In this document: positions 14,601 to 27,900 of the stretch, in pieces
How positions within the stretch are numbered: position 1 is the stretch's first letter
Layout: every line of letters begins with the position of its first letter
From: Octopus sinensis
Lineage: Eukaryota
Direction: 5' to 3'
NCBI RefSeq assembly: GCF_006345805.1
Contig: NC_043011.1
Coordinates: 24,254,464-24,318,463, forward strand
DNA: 64,000 nt
Position numbers and translations under genes: made by a program
The notes under the pieces: model-generated
Seen by the model: only the letters and a program-made list of their open reading frames with translations
Databases searched by the model: none
What the model was told of the DNA's origin: nothing

Positions 14601-16475
14601 CAGATTTTCAATTAAAGCTAGAAACCTTCTGGGGTTTTTAAGATGCTGAAAATTATTCAGTTAATCATTGCAGCATGACTGCCAATCACTATAAGAGTGA
14701 AAAGCTAATGTAATATACAGAAATATGAGAGAGGAATATTAACAGCAATAATGGGGTAATATTAACTGAATAAAGAAAAAGAAGTAATAGATAGTGTTAT
14801 AGTGAGATAAATATAATACAGTTCTAGCTTGTATTAAGACAAGGAAACAATTCTTGGCTGAAAAATATAAAACGTTTACCTTACATTTATTAGCCCCTAA
14901 AATCTTATTCATTTATTCACGGAATGAAGATTCATAATGAAGCTACCTATATACGAACTGCATGAAAACTGCTCTGGCTATTCACTTGAAGTGACTAAAA
15001 GTGGATTAGAAGTAGCCCAAGACATTTAAAGTTCAAGAAAGGCCCCCATAGCTATGTTCTCTAGCTCTTTTTTCCCCTATTCTAGCCCTGGAAAACTCAA
15101 GAATGAATACCTGGGAAAGCTTTCATGTCAAAATAATACAGCACAGTCACGCAAGCAGCAACAAACTAAGTTTTAATCTGGAAAATTGGGCTTGACGGAA
15201 AAAAATCAAACTAAAAGGATGAATATTACTAGGTAATCATGTTCGTCTTTTACCACTTCTGGGTTAATAGAAAAGTACCCCTATTTACCAGTGTTGATTC
15301 AATCAACTATATAAAATATGGCCTTGTTCATAAGAAATCCTATTTAAAGACCAAAAGTTCATTGATAGCTTACTGGAAGCAGTAGATAAATTCTGCTAGG
15401 CAACATAATTATCGGCAATGGTTGAGTTAGTAATAGCATAAAGACTACAATTTCTAGTGGTTGGAAATAGTTTATGAAACTATTGACGGATTCTCTCTCT
15501 TCTCTAAAACAAGTTATATGAACTGTATAGCAGGCAAATCTATATAACATCACCAAACAAACGCACACACATACAGGAGAGAACATTTTATCTACATTCG
15601 ATAATATCTTAATTTGTTGACAGTAAGCCTGAAACAAATTTTGAACCAAGTGGTAATTAAGCTCTATATAGGTTATTAAATTTTTAGAAAATGCAAATAA
15701 GAAATTATCCCATTCCCTTAAATAGGTGCAACCCTATTAATGTAAATAATGCTACTGACCATTTATCTATACATATATAAAAAATATAAGCAATATTTGT
15801 ATAGAACAAACAATGTAGTAGATTGAAAACAGTTACAATTTAAGAAATTTAATGTTTATCTTATCTAAGTCATTTATAATAGAATTAGTATTTTCAAATA
15901 GAGGAAATAAGAGGTTTTTTTTTTTTATCTACAAGTACGAAAAACAACAAATATATAAACATACATACAGATATATGCATGTGTCAATTTTAAAAATAAA
16001 CAGTAAAGAATTTTATAAACAAACATCAAGAGGGCAGAAATAAACTTTAGTGGTTACACTGCCAAAGGAAATTAATAATCTGCTGTATGTGCAACTAATA
16101 CGAAGTACAAAAAGTACTACAGAATACTTTTGAGCACATTGCTGTAGTTCATAATGCTGTTCATGACAACTTCTATAGAGTAGCAGTTATTGATGAACCA
16201 AACAGTGGGATAAGCCAATAGAGGAACCTCTACGGGAGGTGGGGAGGGATAGATCACATAACCATTCGAAAATAGCAGCAAATTCTCCCTCAAATATAGC
16301 TAAAAGATAAAAAAAAGAGGGGGGACATAATAGTCCTAGAAACGCAATGCTGAGGAAAATGGTCGGAATGCCTTTGATCACAGATCTGTGCAGCAAAGAT
16401 TGAACTGGGCCTAAAGGAATTAACAGAACAAAAGGAGTTGTTCCTTCAAAAAGTAAGTTTATAAAAGGGGTATAC

Positions 16476-19400
16476 TATAAAATCTTCCCTATAAGCCGTT
16501 TCAAGAACAGCATTTCAGACTTCCTGAAATTTGAGAAGCCAAAAGCTGCAAGATAAGAAAAGTGGACATTTTTTATATTAAAAGATTTTGTTAACTTAAA
16601 GCAAACTTTCAAGAATTTCAAAGTAGAAATTTGAGATGATTTGGTTACAGAAAAGAAAATGTTATCTACAAGTTAATTAAAATCTGACTGTAATTTAGTT
16701 ACAATGAAGACAAGATTCCTGAAACACCATTCAAAAAGGAAGGCCCAGAATGAAAAATATTTGGAAAAATAAGTTTAGTAAATACTATAGGATAGGAAAT
16801 TTGCAAATGCTTAAGAATAAACATATTTTAGCAGGGTTGATGTTATGATTGATAACTCCAAATTTAATTGGAAGGTGTAAATAGGAAGTGATCAATAGAA
16901 AATTCTGAAGATTGAAACACTATATATTTTAAATTGCTTTATAAAAAACAAAATGTTTACAGAAAAAGTCACTTAATAAAAAGCAAGCCCACACAAACAG
17001 CCTCTATACAGTCACTCACCTTGCAATCAAATTCCCAAACCATGCTGCACATCTTAAAAAAAAAAAAGATGCATTGAAAAGTGCAGTCCTAAATAGATAG
17101 GAAGTGATAGTTGTGGTGGAAATGCTTTGATCATTGTTCTGGCAGCTCAGAGTTGACCAGAGACTAAGACAAGATTATACTCTTAAAGTACCTATCAAAA
17201 TATCACTTTCAAATATTTATCCATGGATAGAACTGATGTAATTTCTTGACCTCCTGCAACATAGACTTAACTGGAAATCATTAGCCAAAATTAAAATTTA
17301 AATAAAAAATTACACTAACAATAACAACAATGATATCCTTTTCCAACTTCACAAATACACCACTGAATACATTTAAAAATTAATGTATTCACAACTTTGA
17401 AATCCTGACAAAGCTATAAAATTCTACAATACAAACACCAACAACATTAAAAACACTTTTGTGGAACTAAAAGATTTTATAATCATTTGCAAAACATTTC
17501 AGATTGCATTCACATCAGACTGGACAGATGCTTTTACAATGTGATCAGTCATGACATAAAAACCTACATTCAATATACGGTTATCAAAAATGCCAAAGTA
17601 AACTAATAGGAAACAACTCTACACTAGAGGAGTAGGCTTTCAAATTAAAAATTAGAAATATGAAACATTTTATATGAATATATATATATGTATATATATA
17701 CACACACACATAAACCTACTGTCTTTATCAACCCTTCTACTAGGTCAAACATTCCAAGTGCAACACTAACAAACCCATCACTAGAGGAACTTCATTACAT
17801 TAAACACCTCCTGGTTTTCAACTAGAAGACAAAAGGATATTGTTAGATCATCATTATTCCCTTTGTGGATACCAAACTATTCATACTAACACACAAGCAT
17901 ACCTTACCAAGTCAACTACAAGTTTACAGACATCATTGTCTGCTTTCATAGCCACTTAAAAGAATCCCCCAACTTTTCTCAAACCGCCCACCAATTATTG
18001 TCACAACACATATATTAACAAAAGTAAAATGCCTTTACAAACTACAAAAAGGAATACAAGAAGGAGCTTTACAAAGAAACAGAAAGAAGGTTTTCCAGAA
18101 TTCAACAAGTCACAAACATATATATTACAATACATACATTCAACAAAATTACAAATGCATCCAAAAAACATATCCAACAAGGTAACATTAAAAATATAGC
18201 CTGAATTACACACCAGAAATATCAAACAACAAACCAGATGACCTCAAAAAATACACCAAAACAACTACTGAGATAAAGTTTGGCATCAAATAACTAAGGA
18301 AATAAAAAAAAATAATATTTGATTTTGATATAAACCTCAAAACTAACAGTAAAACCCTACACAGTCATTAGTAGCACCAACAACAGTCACAGAATACACC
18401 AGGTCACATTAACAACCTCAAATTGTATATCCACACTTCTCTATCAAGCATACACCGTTAGTTCTCAAAAATCAGTCACAAAAAAAATGTACCTTGCACT
18501 TAGACCAACATTTTGACTGCTTTTAACATCAGACATTCAAATGCAAGAAGGAAATCTGAAAACTCAAAAGTCTCAAGTCCAGACAAAACCACATACACAC
18601 ACCTAAAATGCCTAACATTTGAAGTATTCACTGCGCTTAAGAACATCTACAAGTACTTATACCAATATTGTCAAATTCCCAGGCTCTGGAAGCTGGATAA
18701 AGTTAAAACAATTCTAAAGCCTAACAAAAAATCCAAGCGACGTGATATCATACAAACCCATCACTCTTGTAAGCACACCCATTCATACGACCCACTCTCA
18801 AAATCAGATTCAGACTGATACAAAAACCACCACACTACTCAAATCTAACACAAATAATACGCAAAATAAAAATCCACACTAAACTGTTAGTCACAGTAGC
18901 AAAACTTTCAACTATTCAACATCTTAAAAAACAAAACACTAGCAAACAAACAGTTAGGCCACTAGATCTATAATGATGCACAAAAGCACTTTCAAACATC
19001 CTGTTACCAGCCTTTCAGCCTCAGTCTTCATGATATTTCCACACCTTCACAAAATATGCAGACAGCCTCTCACAATTACAAACATCCCCTCACAATCACC
19101 AGACACTGCTGCCCAACTACTCCAACCCAACTTATATGACCCAGAAACCTGGCTCCACAGTGACACCTACCAAATACGATGCCTTCCTTCTTACCAATAA
19201 CAACCAAATACAACCAATTATTATATTCAACGACATTCTATACACACATAGAAAACAAAATTACAAGGAATTACAGACAATACCCACAATGTACTTAATA
19301 CTTCATAGACTAGACCTATCCTACCTAGACCCCCAATAATTCCAAAACAAATACAAAGAACACAAAAGCATATTATACTAAGTAATGGGTAAACAGATCA

Positions 19401-20218
19401 CTAAGCAAAAAAATACTACTCTGGGCTCTTCTCACGTCTCTAGAACAAGAGCACAGTCTGTTGCTGTAGCAAGCTTCAACCCCAACAGCTCCTATCACAA
19501 CATGAAAAATCTCTTCCAAACACTGACACAAATGCCCCAGAACACTCCAACAATATTTTTTAAAATGTTATCTCTTCCACTCAATCATAAAGAACATATA
19601 CAGAATATGTGCAACACCAATAACCTCAACCATCTCAAATACTGAGCTGGAATGCCCACTATCAACAATACTCACAAAACAGCAATTATCATGCTCTTAT
19701 AAACTCCATTTGGATCACTTCTGCTGCCATCCCCCATCTCAGAATCTCATGAGTGCAGGGATAAACTAGACAGTGAAGAGAGCAGAATATGTCCAAATTG
19801 TCACACTACATTCCCTATGATTCAATGTTTTAAAAATCCTATTATATTTTTATAATCAAATATTATTAGGAATTGTAAAAAAAAACTATGGAAGTATAAC
19901 CAATTTATTGCACATAAATTTTAACAGCAAAATCTAATGTGAACCTCCAAGGGTCATACACACCTTGGTTGAGAGCCACTGAGTGAGATGGAGATATTTG
20001 GAAGATGGATCTGTGGGTCATGCTTTGTCACTCAATTACTTATATGCCATAAAACTACTGGATAAGGGGCTGCATAATAACTCAGCTTATATCATTGTTA
20101 TGCCTAGCATGCATCATTCATAATTATCACCTGTTTGAAGTTTTGCAGAAGCTACTTTAACATGCAGTAGCAGACACACTGAACATCTATTCAGTTCAGT
20201 GTGCAATGTATCATAGTT
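16476..20218 (-). pseudogene. Phase-compatible five-exon chain of the minus-strand relic
   Basis: Exons 20131-20218, 17457-17563, 17192-17253, 17020-17088 and 16476-16545 have phases 0-1-0-2-2-0. They splice to 396 nt (132 codons) in one frame with 4 stops, all TGA. Confidence 0.65.
17710..19650 (+). mobile_element. Decayed non-LTR retrotransposon (Jockey/I-like RT)
   Basis: ORF 18513 SSPDKTTYTHLK...NIYKYLYQYCQIPRLWKLDKVKTILKPNK matches the N-terminal RT motifs (PGPD..; IP..WK..K...ILKP.K). It lies antisense in an intron of the minus-strand relic. Confidence 0.75.
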
Positions 20219-21682
20219 CTAAATTTATATTACACATCTGTTAAGTCATCTAAGCCCTTTCCTTTCAAGGTGTTCCTTTCCTTTGCATGACACTTAACAT
20301 ATACATCATATCACATTTTTCTGCATAGAGCAATAAGTGTTTTTCAACTGTCAAAAAAATGACTAGTTATCTAACTGTTCATCCATCCCTTGCAAATGTT
20401 TCAATCACTGTTGCAGTGGCTAAGTGAATCAGATCATCCACTGCAGCTGTCCTTGCGCATTTGTTTTGTCTCCTTGAAATGGGATAGCTATGCCTGATGC
20501 ATTTATTACATTTCCTTTGATTTATTTAAATAAGCAAATCCACAGTCAAAAAAAAGATGCTAAGGAACTGAACTGAAAATGAACACATGTCTAGGTATCA
20601 GTGTCTAACTTAATTACAATCTCTTCCACAAAACAGCTTCTACATAGTTGTCAATCCACTGGAAATGGCTAAAGTTCTCAAATCACACTGACAGCTTAAG
20701 AAAAATTACTCTTTGGATAATGTAGTCCTAAATGGAAGAAAGGATGGTTACATCTGCAATATTCTCTTCCAATCCATAAGTTTTACAGATTAGCAAGCAA
20801 GTAATTTTACTTTTTTTCCTATGCTATATACAGGTTTATAAATTTAACCATTTTGATGGTGAGTGTTCTTCATACATTAAAAATCATAATTATGGAAATA
20901 TAAACTTAAGGCTGAATTATTAAGATTAAGCTGTTTGGTCATTTTAAAACTTCATACTTGATCAGCAACAAGCAAATTTATCAACATATATAAAGCTGAT
21001 ATAAGAGTTATATAATTCCAAGTCAGCCACCATTAAGCAGGCTTACGATCAAAGAAAATCTAGATGTGACTGCCCCATTTTTTAAAATATTCTTTATTAA
21101 ACAGTGTAACTTAGACTATACTATCCAGTGTGGGCTCCATTAGTCTATGAAGTGGAAGAGCTCTCTATCTCTCTCTCTCTCTCTTTGCTTTTCTAACAGC
21201 TTTAGTAACCACAAAGAGGTCCCATGATTAGGTACAACACAAGGTAGCAAACTTCGAAGTAGTAAATCTTCAAACAATTCCCTATTCTGTTGTACTTACT
21301 CCCCAAATGGCTAGAGATAGGGGGGAACATGGACATCACAATATCTCGTCTTCCATTTTAAAGAATACAAGACTTTTGTGCTTTGTTAATAAGGAATTTT
21401 AATGAGATCCTTACTTTAGATATTGTTTTATTACATTTTATGGAATAAAAGGAAAAGATTGGAGAAAATCAAATATGAATATTCCACAAACATTAAATCA
21501 AATATACAACATACTTTATAAGCCAGTGTTCACTCAGAAAAAAACTTTACTACAAGTTTTGAATTTATGAAAATGAATATACAGAAAGAAATGCTCTATT
21601 TAAAGTATTAAACTGTGTCCTCCAAAGTAAATCAAATGATGGTAAACAAAATAAATCAAAAAATAAAACAACTACACACTCC

Positions 21683-22045
21683 AAGTGTGGCTGTGTACTT
21701 AAGAAGCTTGCTTCTGAACCTTGTGGTCTTGTGTTCGGTTTTATTGCATGGTACCTTGCGCAAGTGTCTTGTACTATTGCTGCGGGCCGACCAAAGCCTT
21801 GTGAATTGATTTGAATAGACAGAAACTGAAAGAAGCCCGTCATGTGTGTGTGATGTTTGTACCTCACCACCGCTTGATAACCGGTGTTGGTTTGTTTACA
21901 TTCTTGTAACAGCGGTTCGACAAAAGAAGCCGACAGAACAGTACCAGGCTTAAATAAGTACTGGGGTCAATTTGTTCGACTGGACCTCTTCACAGCGGTA
22001 CCCTAGCATAGCCGCACTCCAATGATTGACACAATAAAAAAGGGT
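21683..22045 (+). mobile_element. SINE family B
   Basis: Head gtggctgtgtacttaagaagcttgc, body gaaactgaaagaagcccgtc, 3' part gtactggggtcaatttgttcgac. Confidence 0.8.
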
Positions 22046-24859
22046 AAAAATAAAACTATGAATTATTTAGATAGGAAGTTTAGAAAGAGCCTCGTTAAAT
22101 TCTAGCCAACTTCGGTCACTAGAATTAGCGATAAATAGTAGAGATACAGCACAGTGTTGTTTAACAGAATGTAGTCTCAACAAAATGTTCAAAGTACAAA
22201 TTTCTGCTGGTTTCAATTTTGCATCCCTGTGAGGAGAGAATGTCGAAAATTAATAAATTTCCCTTCCAAGATAGGTCTTCTGTTTAAAGGAAAAATGAAA
22301 AATTCTATCAAGGTTTTTCTTACAACTTTTTAATACCTCAATATTAAACCATAGTCAACTACTGCATTACTTTTTAAAACGGGTTCTTCTTACTCCTGCA
22401 TCCATCTTCAGGCTTGCCTGCAAATTGTCTAAAGTGACAACATTTTATAAAAAGGTTATCTAATAGTTTTAGGAAATAGTATAAACCACATAAACATTCT
22501 TTGTGTCAGTTCTACCAAAACCTTTAAAATTCTGCCCCTTAACGATTTAAAATATCTCGAGACTTGAATAAACATGTTACTTCTCGCAACCACAACGCAA
22601 AATTTTATGACACTAAGCTTTTATGATAAGTTTAGTCTAATTATTATTATTATAAACATCCCCACCCCGTATTTGTGGAAGTGGTGAATCATTTAACAAA
22701 TATGAGAACGTTGACAAAGAAACAGTTTAGTAGAAAAGAAGGACAGTTCAAAACATCACTTGTAATGAACAATGGTTACATTTCAAAACTAGAAAAATAC
22801 CAAAAGTATACTAAAAAAATTTCAATTCCCAGAAATTATCTGTCAGATCGATTTCATTCAAGAAAGCAGTTTTCACACTATTTAATACAGGAAATTTCGA
22901 AAAGCAACTTTCCTGCTGTTACTTATTTGACCGGACATATACGTAATCCAACCAAATCGTAGAGCTGGGTGAGACAATTATATTATTATATACAAATCAG
23001 ACATCACATCATATCCTGTGTGGATCCAGACATGCAGTCATTAATATCTATAACTTAACAACAATATTCACGAAAAATGTGATAACCGCAACGTTTCGAA
23101 TCGTAATTTATCCGAATAATTCTCCCAACCCTTCTACCATACAACACTGCTTGAGTTAACAATTCTATCAGCAAAATCACTATACATAGACTACTGTAAT
23201 GGTTATATAGTATTTATGTCACAAGTTCAAATTTCATGAAAATTAATAATGTGCCTCTTCTTTCCTTACACAACAAATCCTACAGAAACGATAGAGATAA
23301 ATAAGAGCCTACTTTATTTCTGTCTTTCATTCATTGCGAGAAGAAAAAAATGTTAATTGAACGATAACAAAGATTCGATTGCCAAATACGATATATTCAT
23401 GAGAAATAATTAAAAGGAGTCGAGAGGAAAGCTATGTTAAGAGAAATGGGAACCGAAATATCTTTTAAATAAAAGCTGGCTGTAAGAATGAAATTTCCTA
23501 TTTTAAAATAAAATTAAAATACAAATTAACATTTGTACATTCTACTGTTTACGATATACTTTTCTGGTATGTTTGCAGAGAGAGAGAGAGAGCGGGGGAG
23601 GAGAGAGAGAAAAGACAGTAAAATCAAGTAAAGTGATCTTTTCGGTAAGAATCCGATAGGATTATGTCTAATTCGAAGCCCGAAATGAGTGTTAGAATGA
23701 AATATATACACGGGAAAATAGTATAAAAGGTGAAATCTAAAAGTAGAACATCATCCAGTTGATGCTGCAGTCACAGATGGCTGACTACTGCTTTTAGCGA
23801 CCCACTCTATCTGATGCCTGGCTGTCTGAAATATCAGAAAACACAGGTGTCGGCTTGCAAAACAAAAGCAAAAGAAAAACAGAAGTGTAGTGGGGAGAAA
23901 GGTGGGGGAAGAAGAAAAGAATCCCTAATTAACTCACGTGCCACAACGGCAACAGTTATGAATGATAAAAAAAGGGAGCAAGTGGAAGAAAACCTTGGAT
24001 TAGTCTAACAAAAATACAGAAAAATATAAATAGAGGATAAAAAAACTATGAAAATATAATATAGAACACATCACCAATAAGGAGAAAAAATCTTTTTCCT
24101 CCACTAAAAAAAAAAAAAAAGATTACAGCATATAACAGAATATGTATAAACCAATGTTCAGTCTTAGAGCCCTTAGAATTATTTTAAATGGAAAAAAATA
24201 CGATGTGAGAAGACACGATAAATCAAACATTGTTAGATTTGTCAAAGAATGGTAAGAAGGAAAAAATAAACATTTGAAGAGGAATATGTAAGCCAACCAA
24301 CCACCTGGAGTATAGATCTCTAGTGCAGTAGTGACTACCATCAACTTCAAAATTGTTACCGAAATCAATCTCAGCAAAAAGAACCTTATTTGAAGAATAA
24401 ATCATTATTCAAACTTTACATAAAACTTTCCACCAAACAACGAAAGCACGAAAAATATTTACACACACACACACTCACATTTCTTTTTCTTCAAGCGACG
24501 AAATGAAAAACGAATTTTATTTTTTTTTTTTCAACCCTTTTCTTTCTTTCTTCAATAATATATCGTGAAGTGTTTCTTAACAAAAAGTGCCCAGTACAGT
24601 GGTCGGTGAGTGGAGAATAATACGGTATGTCCGAGGCCTACCACTATCACCTGTGTAAATGGGAACAAAAACAAAAAAAAAGGCGGGTGCTTTTGTTTCC
24701 TTTCAAGTATTTAAACTCATGCAAGGCATAATAATGATGATGATGATAATAATAATAATAATAATAAATAAAACAGCTGTGCAATGTTTCCTCTGCATTA
24801 AGGCTTCTTTCGATTAATAAAAGGTAAAATATTCAGTGATGCCTAAGAAGACACTAGAT

Positions 24860-25462
24860 ATGAGTAGCATATCTCACACACACACACACTATATATATAT
24901 ATATATATCACGCGTACACACAAGCACCTACATACTCTCATACACACGTACAAGCATGTATATACTCTCACACAGATATACAGGGACCTATATGCTGTCT
25001 CACACTCAAGCACCTACACACATTCATAAACATATACATTCACATACATATGTCTATATAAATATACACTCAAGTATACATGCCTATATAAATACAGTTG
25101 AGTATACATACATTACATATGTACTACTAAAGAACAAAGCCCACACTAATTGGTGTTTAAAATGTATAACAAACACACACACACACACACATACATACAA
25201 GTTTGCACGCGTACACTTGCACAGTCAAGCGCATACAGACATTGTGTCTACTTGTATCTATGCATACATGCACACAGATGAACACGTAGGCACACACGAT
25301 CAGAAGTACATAGGAAGACACAGACGCGCATACGCAGGAGCAAGCACGCAACACAAACGCAGGCAAAAACAGCTATGCACACGCAGAAATGCATGCACAC
25401 ATACAGAGAGAGAGAGAGAGAGAGAGACATACACCTACATTCATACATACAAACGCAAGCAC

Positions 25463-25495
<33 letters not shown>

Positions 25496-26440
25496 CATAC
25501 ACCTCCCTACATTCACAGGAGAGACACAGAAACAAGCACCTACATCCACACATAGAAAAACAAGCACCTATATATATATATATATATACACACACACAAA
25601 AAAACAAGTACCTATACATACACACACATAGAAACACAACCACCTATATACATACACACACACAGAAACAAGCATCTATATATATACACACACACATAGA
25701 AACAAGCATTTATATACATACACACACACAGAAACAAGCATCAATATACATACACACACATAGAAACAAGCATCTATATATATACACACACACATAGAAA
25801 CAAGCATTTATATACATACACACACACAGAAACAAGCATCTATATACATACACACACATAGAAACAAGCATCTATATACATACACACACATAGAAACAAG
25901 CATCTATATAGATACACACACAGAAACAAGCATCTATATACATACACACACATAGAAACACAAGCATCTATATACATACAAACAGAGAGAAACAAGCACC
26001 AATATGCATACACACATAGAAACACAAGCACCTATATACATACATACACAGAAACACAAGTATCCACATCTATACACACATGGAAACAGGCAAAGAAACG
26101 TTAGCACCTACATACTATCACACACACACAAGCACCTATATACTGTCACACACACACACAAGCACCTACATACTCTCACATAAGCACCTACATACTCTCA
26201 CACAAGCACCTACATACTCTCTCGTACACACGTACAAGCGCGTATATAATCTCATACACACAGGCACATATAATGCTTGTCTCACATAGAAACACAAACA
26301 CCTACATGCACACACACATACAAAGAAACAAGCGCTTACATACATACATACATACAGAAACACATGCACACGTATACACACATGCATGCATACAAACATA
26401 TATACATACATACATACATACATAGAGAAACACACACACA
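24860..26440. repeat. Compound CA/TA microsatellite with a ~30-32 bp minisatellite core
   Basis: Unit acacacacatagaaacaagcatctatatacat is repeated more than 12 times at about 25520-26100. Confidence 0.9.
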
Positions 26441-26714
26441 TCGAATAATAGAAATGTCATGTTACATTTGCTTTCGATTTGAATGAAGGCAGCCGACAGC
26501 TTTGACAAGCTTATCCAAGAAACGCAACATAAAAGTCTTCCTCTTAGATTTTCATCGGAAAATAATACTTCCTATAATTAAATTTCAGCATCTTCAGAGA
26601 GAATTCCTTCTCTCTCTCCACTACAAATTATCCGTTCGTTTCGTCCCCATAATTTCGATTACATTTGACAACACGCCATAGCAGACGAGTGTATGACAAT
26701 GTTTGTAAAACGTG

Positions 26715-26742
26715 TGTGTATGTACGTATATATGTGTGTATG

Positions 26743-26783
<41 letters not shown>

Positions 26784-26977
26784 ACATCTATAAGTCTAGC
26801 ATATATATATATACACGCATAATACATACATATCTATCAATATACTTATATAACATGCATATCTATATGATATATATAAATCAAATTTCTGATCTATATA
26901 CACACGCGCGCGCACTAAGATATGCATATATATATATAAATCAATCTACACATTTAACATTCACACACACAGTGTAT

Positions 26978-27030
<53 letters not shown>
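26715..27030. repeat. (TA)n/(CA)n microsatellite cluster
   Basis: Directly visible dinucleotide runs. Confidence 0.9.
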
Positions 27031-27032
<2 letters not shown>

Positions 27033-27499
27033 TTGTGAAGCCAAACACAATGAGAATAATAATAATAATAATGTTGGACCGCTGTAAAGATACGCGTTGT
27101 TTATTGATTAGAAAGAAATTAAGCTAATGTAATAAAGAATAAAAAATATTTTTTTCTCCCGAGAAGGACAACTGGCAGAATAATAATAATAATAATAAAT
27201 AAAAAAAAACAAAAGAGGGGAGAGAAAAGGGGAAAACTGCAAAGCGAAGAATCCACGCTGTGGCTCCAACCAAACCACATGACACCATTACTACAACAAC
27301 AGTAACTAATACGATAGCGAAACACGACGACCAAGTAAGGAGGAAAAAACAAAGAAAAATTTCAAGAAAGAACAATATATATGTGTATATTTCTGTATAT
27401 TTACCTGCAATCTTTCAGCACTTCATTTGTTGTTTTCTTATACAGTGTACAGAATCCAGAAATTTCATTAAGCTGTCGAAGAAAAAATTTTATAACTCA

Positions 27500-27900
27500 A
27501 TACGATGAGAGAGAATCACTTTAGTACTTGACTGCTTGCTTTAGCTTCACGTCTTTCTACTTCTTCTTCCTTCCCTCTTCCTTCCTCTCTTCACCTCCTC
27601 TTCCTATCACTACCGCCTGATGAACTCTAACCTCAGCTCTTATTCCAAACTCGCAAGAATCCAGTTCCAGTTAAATCGTTATTCTGTCTTGTCTGCGCAT
27701 GCGTCGTCAGCGATGCTCGTGTTGTTTTTCGCGGCCAGTGGCGGCGTCGCTGAGGATTCGAACGCTCGTCTCTGGATGGAATTTACGATGGAAGAAGTGG
27801 TGAAGCTAGCTGTTGGAGGCTGGGGGAATGTTCGAAGGATAGGTAAAGTGACACGCTGAAAGTAAAATAAAGCAGAAATATGATTTCTATCGTAGACAAT
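27500..27900. promoter_or_regulatory. Putative bidirectional CpG-rich promoter / first-exon region
   Basis: Locally GC- and CpG-rich non-repeat sequence with a pyrimidine tract at 27555-27605. A minus-strand donor at 27404 and a plus-strand donor AG|GTAAAG at 27843 face outward. A/T-run strand bias flips here. Confidence 0.45.

Larger units (their letters stand above)
1569..21356 (-). pseudogene. Decayed multi-exon protein-coding gene (unidentified, long, probably helical protein)
   Basis: About 20 AG/GT-bounded segments with pyrimidine-rich acceptors on the minus strand. Examples: 1569-1692 NCLEELNAVYRCSKFDSN*FLLMHFLVAKSENPRIKYLACP; 5073-5211 IFSELR*KGC*HLSPKSSEVELLKLLETIKWQEYLEFVEIRISDD; 14947-15087 LE*GKKELENIAMGAFLEL*MSWATSNPLL; possible start exon 21300-21356 MEDEIL*CPCSPLSLAIWG|gtaagt. 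In-frame stops occur throughout and some exons need frameshifts. The region is CpG-depleted. Confidence 0.6.
22394..27856 (-). other. Candidate 5' (UTR or early) exons of a minus-strand transcript
   Basis: Splice-like pairs: 27405-27856 (donor gcag|gtaaat), about 24477-24650 (ttcccatttacacag| ... aat|gtgagt), about 23312-23481, and a 24-nt exon 22394-22417 (tttgcag|GCAAGCCTGAAGATGGATGCAGGA|gtaag). Confidence 0.3.

Noticed and set aside
1569-21356. Alternative nuclear genetic code (stop reassignment)
   Set aside because: All three stop types occur, some exons need frameshifts, and the host appears to be a standard-code animal.
22675-22962. 95-aa Lys-rich plus ORF
   Set aside because: It has no domain or splice context and reflects A-rich intronic composition.
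25520-26100. ~32-bp repeat array superficially like CRISPR
   Set aside because: The units are directly tandem with no unique spacers, in a eukaryotic context with no cas genes.
24836-26989. Long ORFs (up to 239 aa) rich in H/T/Y/I
   Set aside because: These are translations of CA/TA microsatellite and minisatellite. The same applies to the ORFs at 40.8, 43.9-45.0, 47.1, 56.9 and 62.7 kb.
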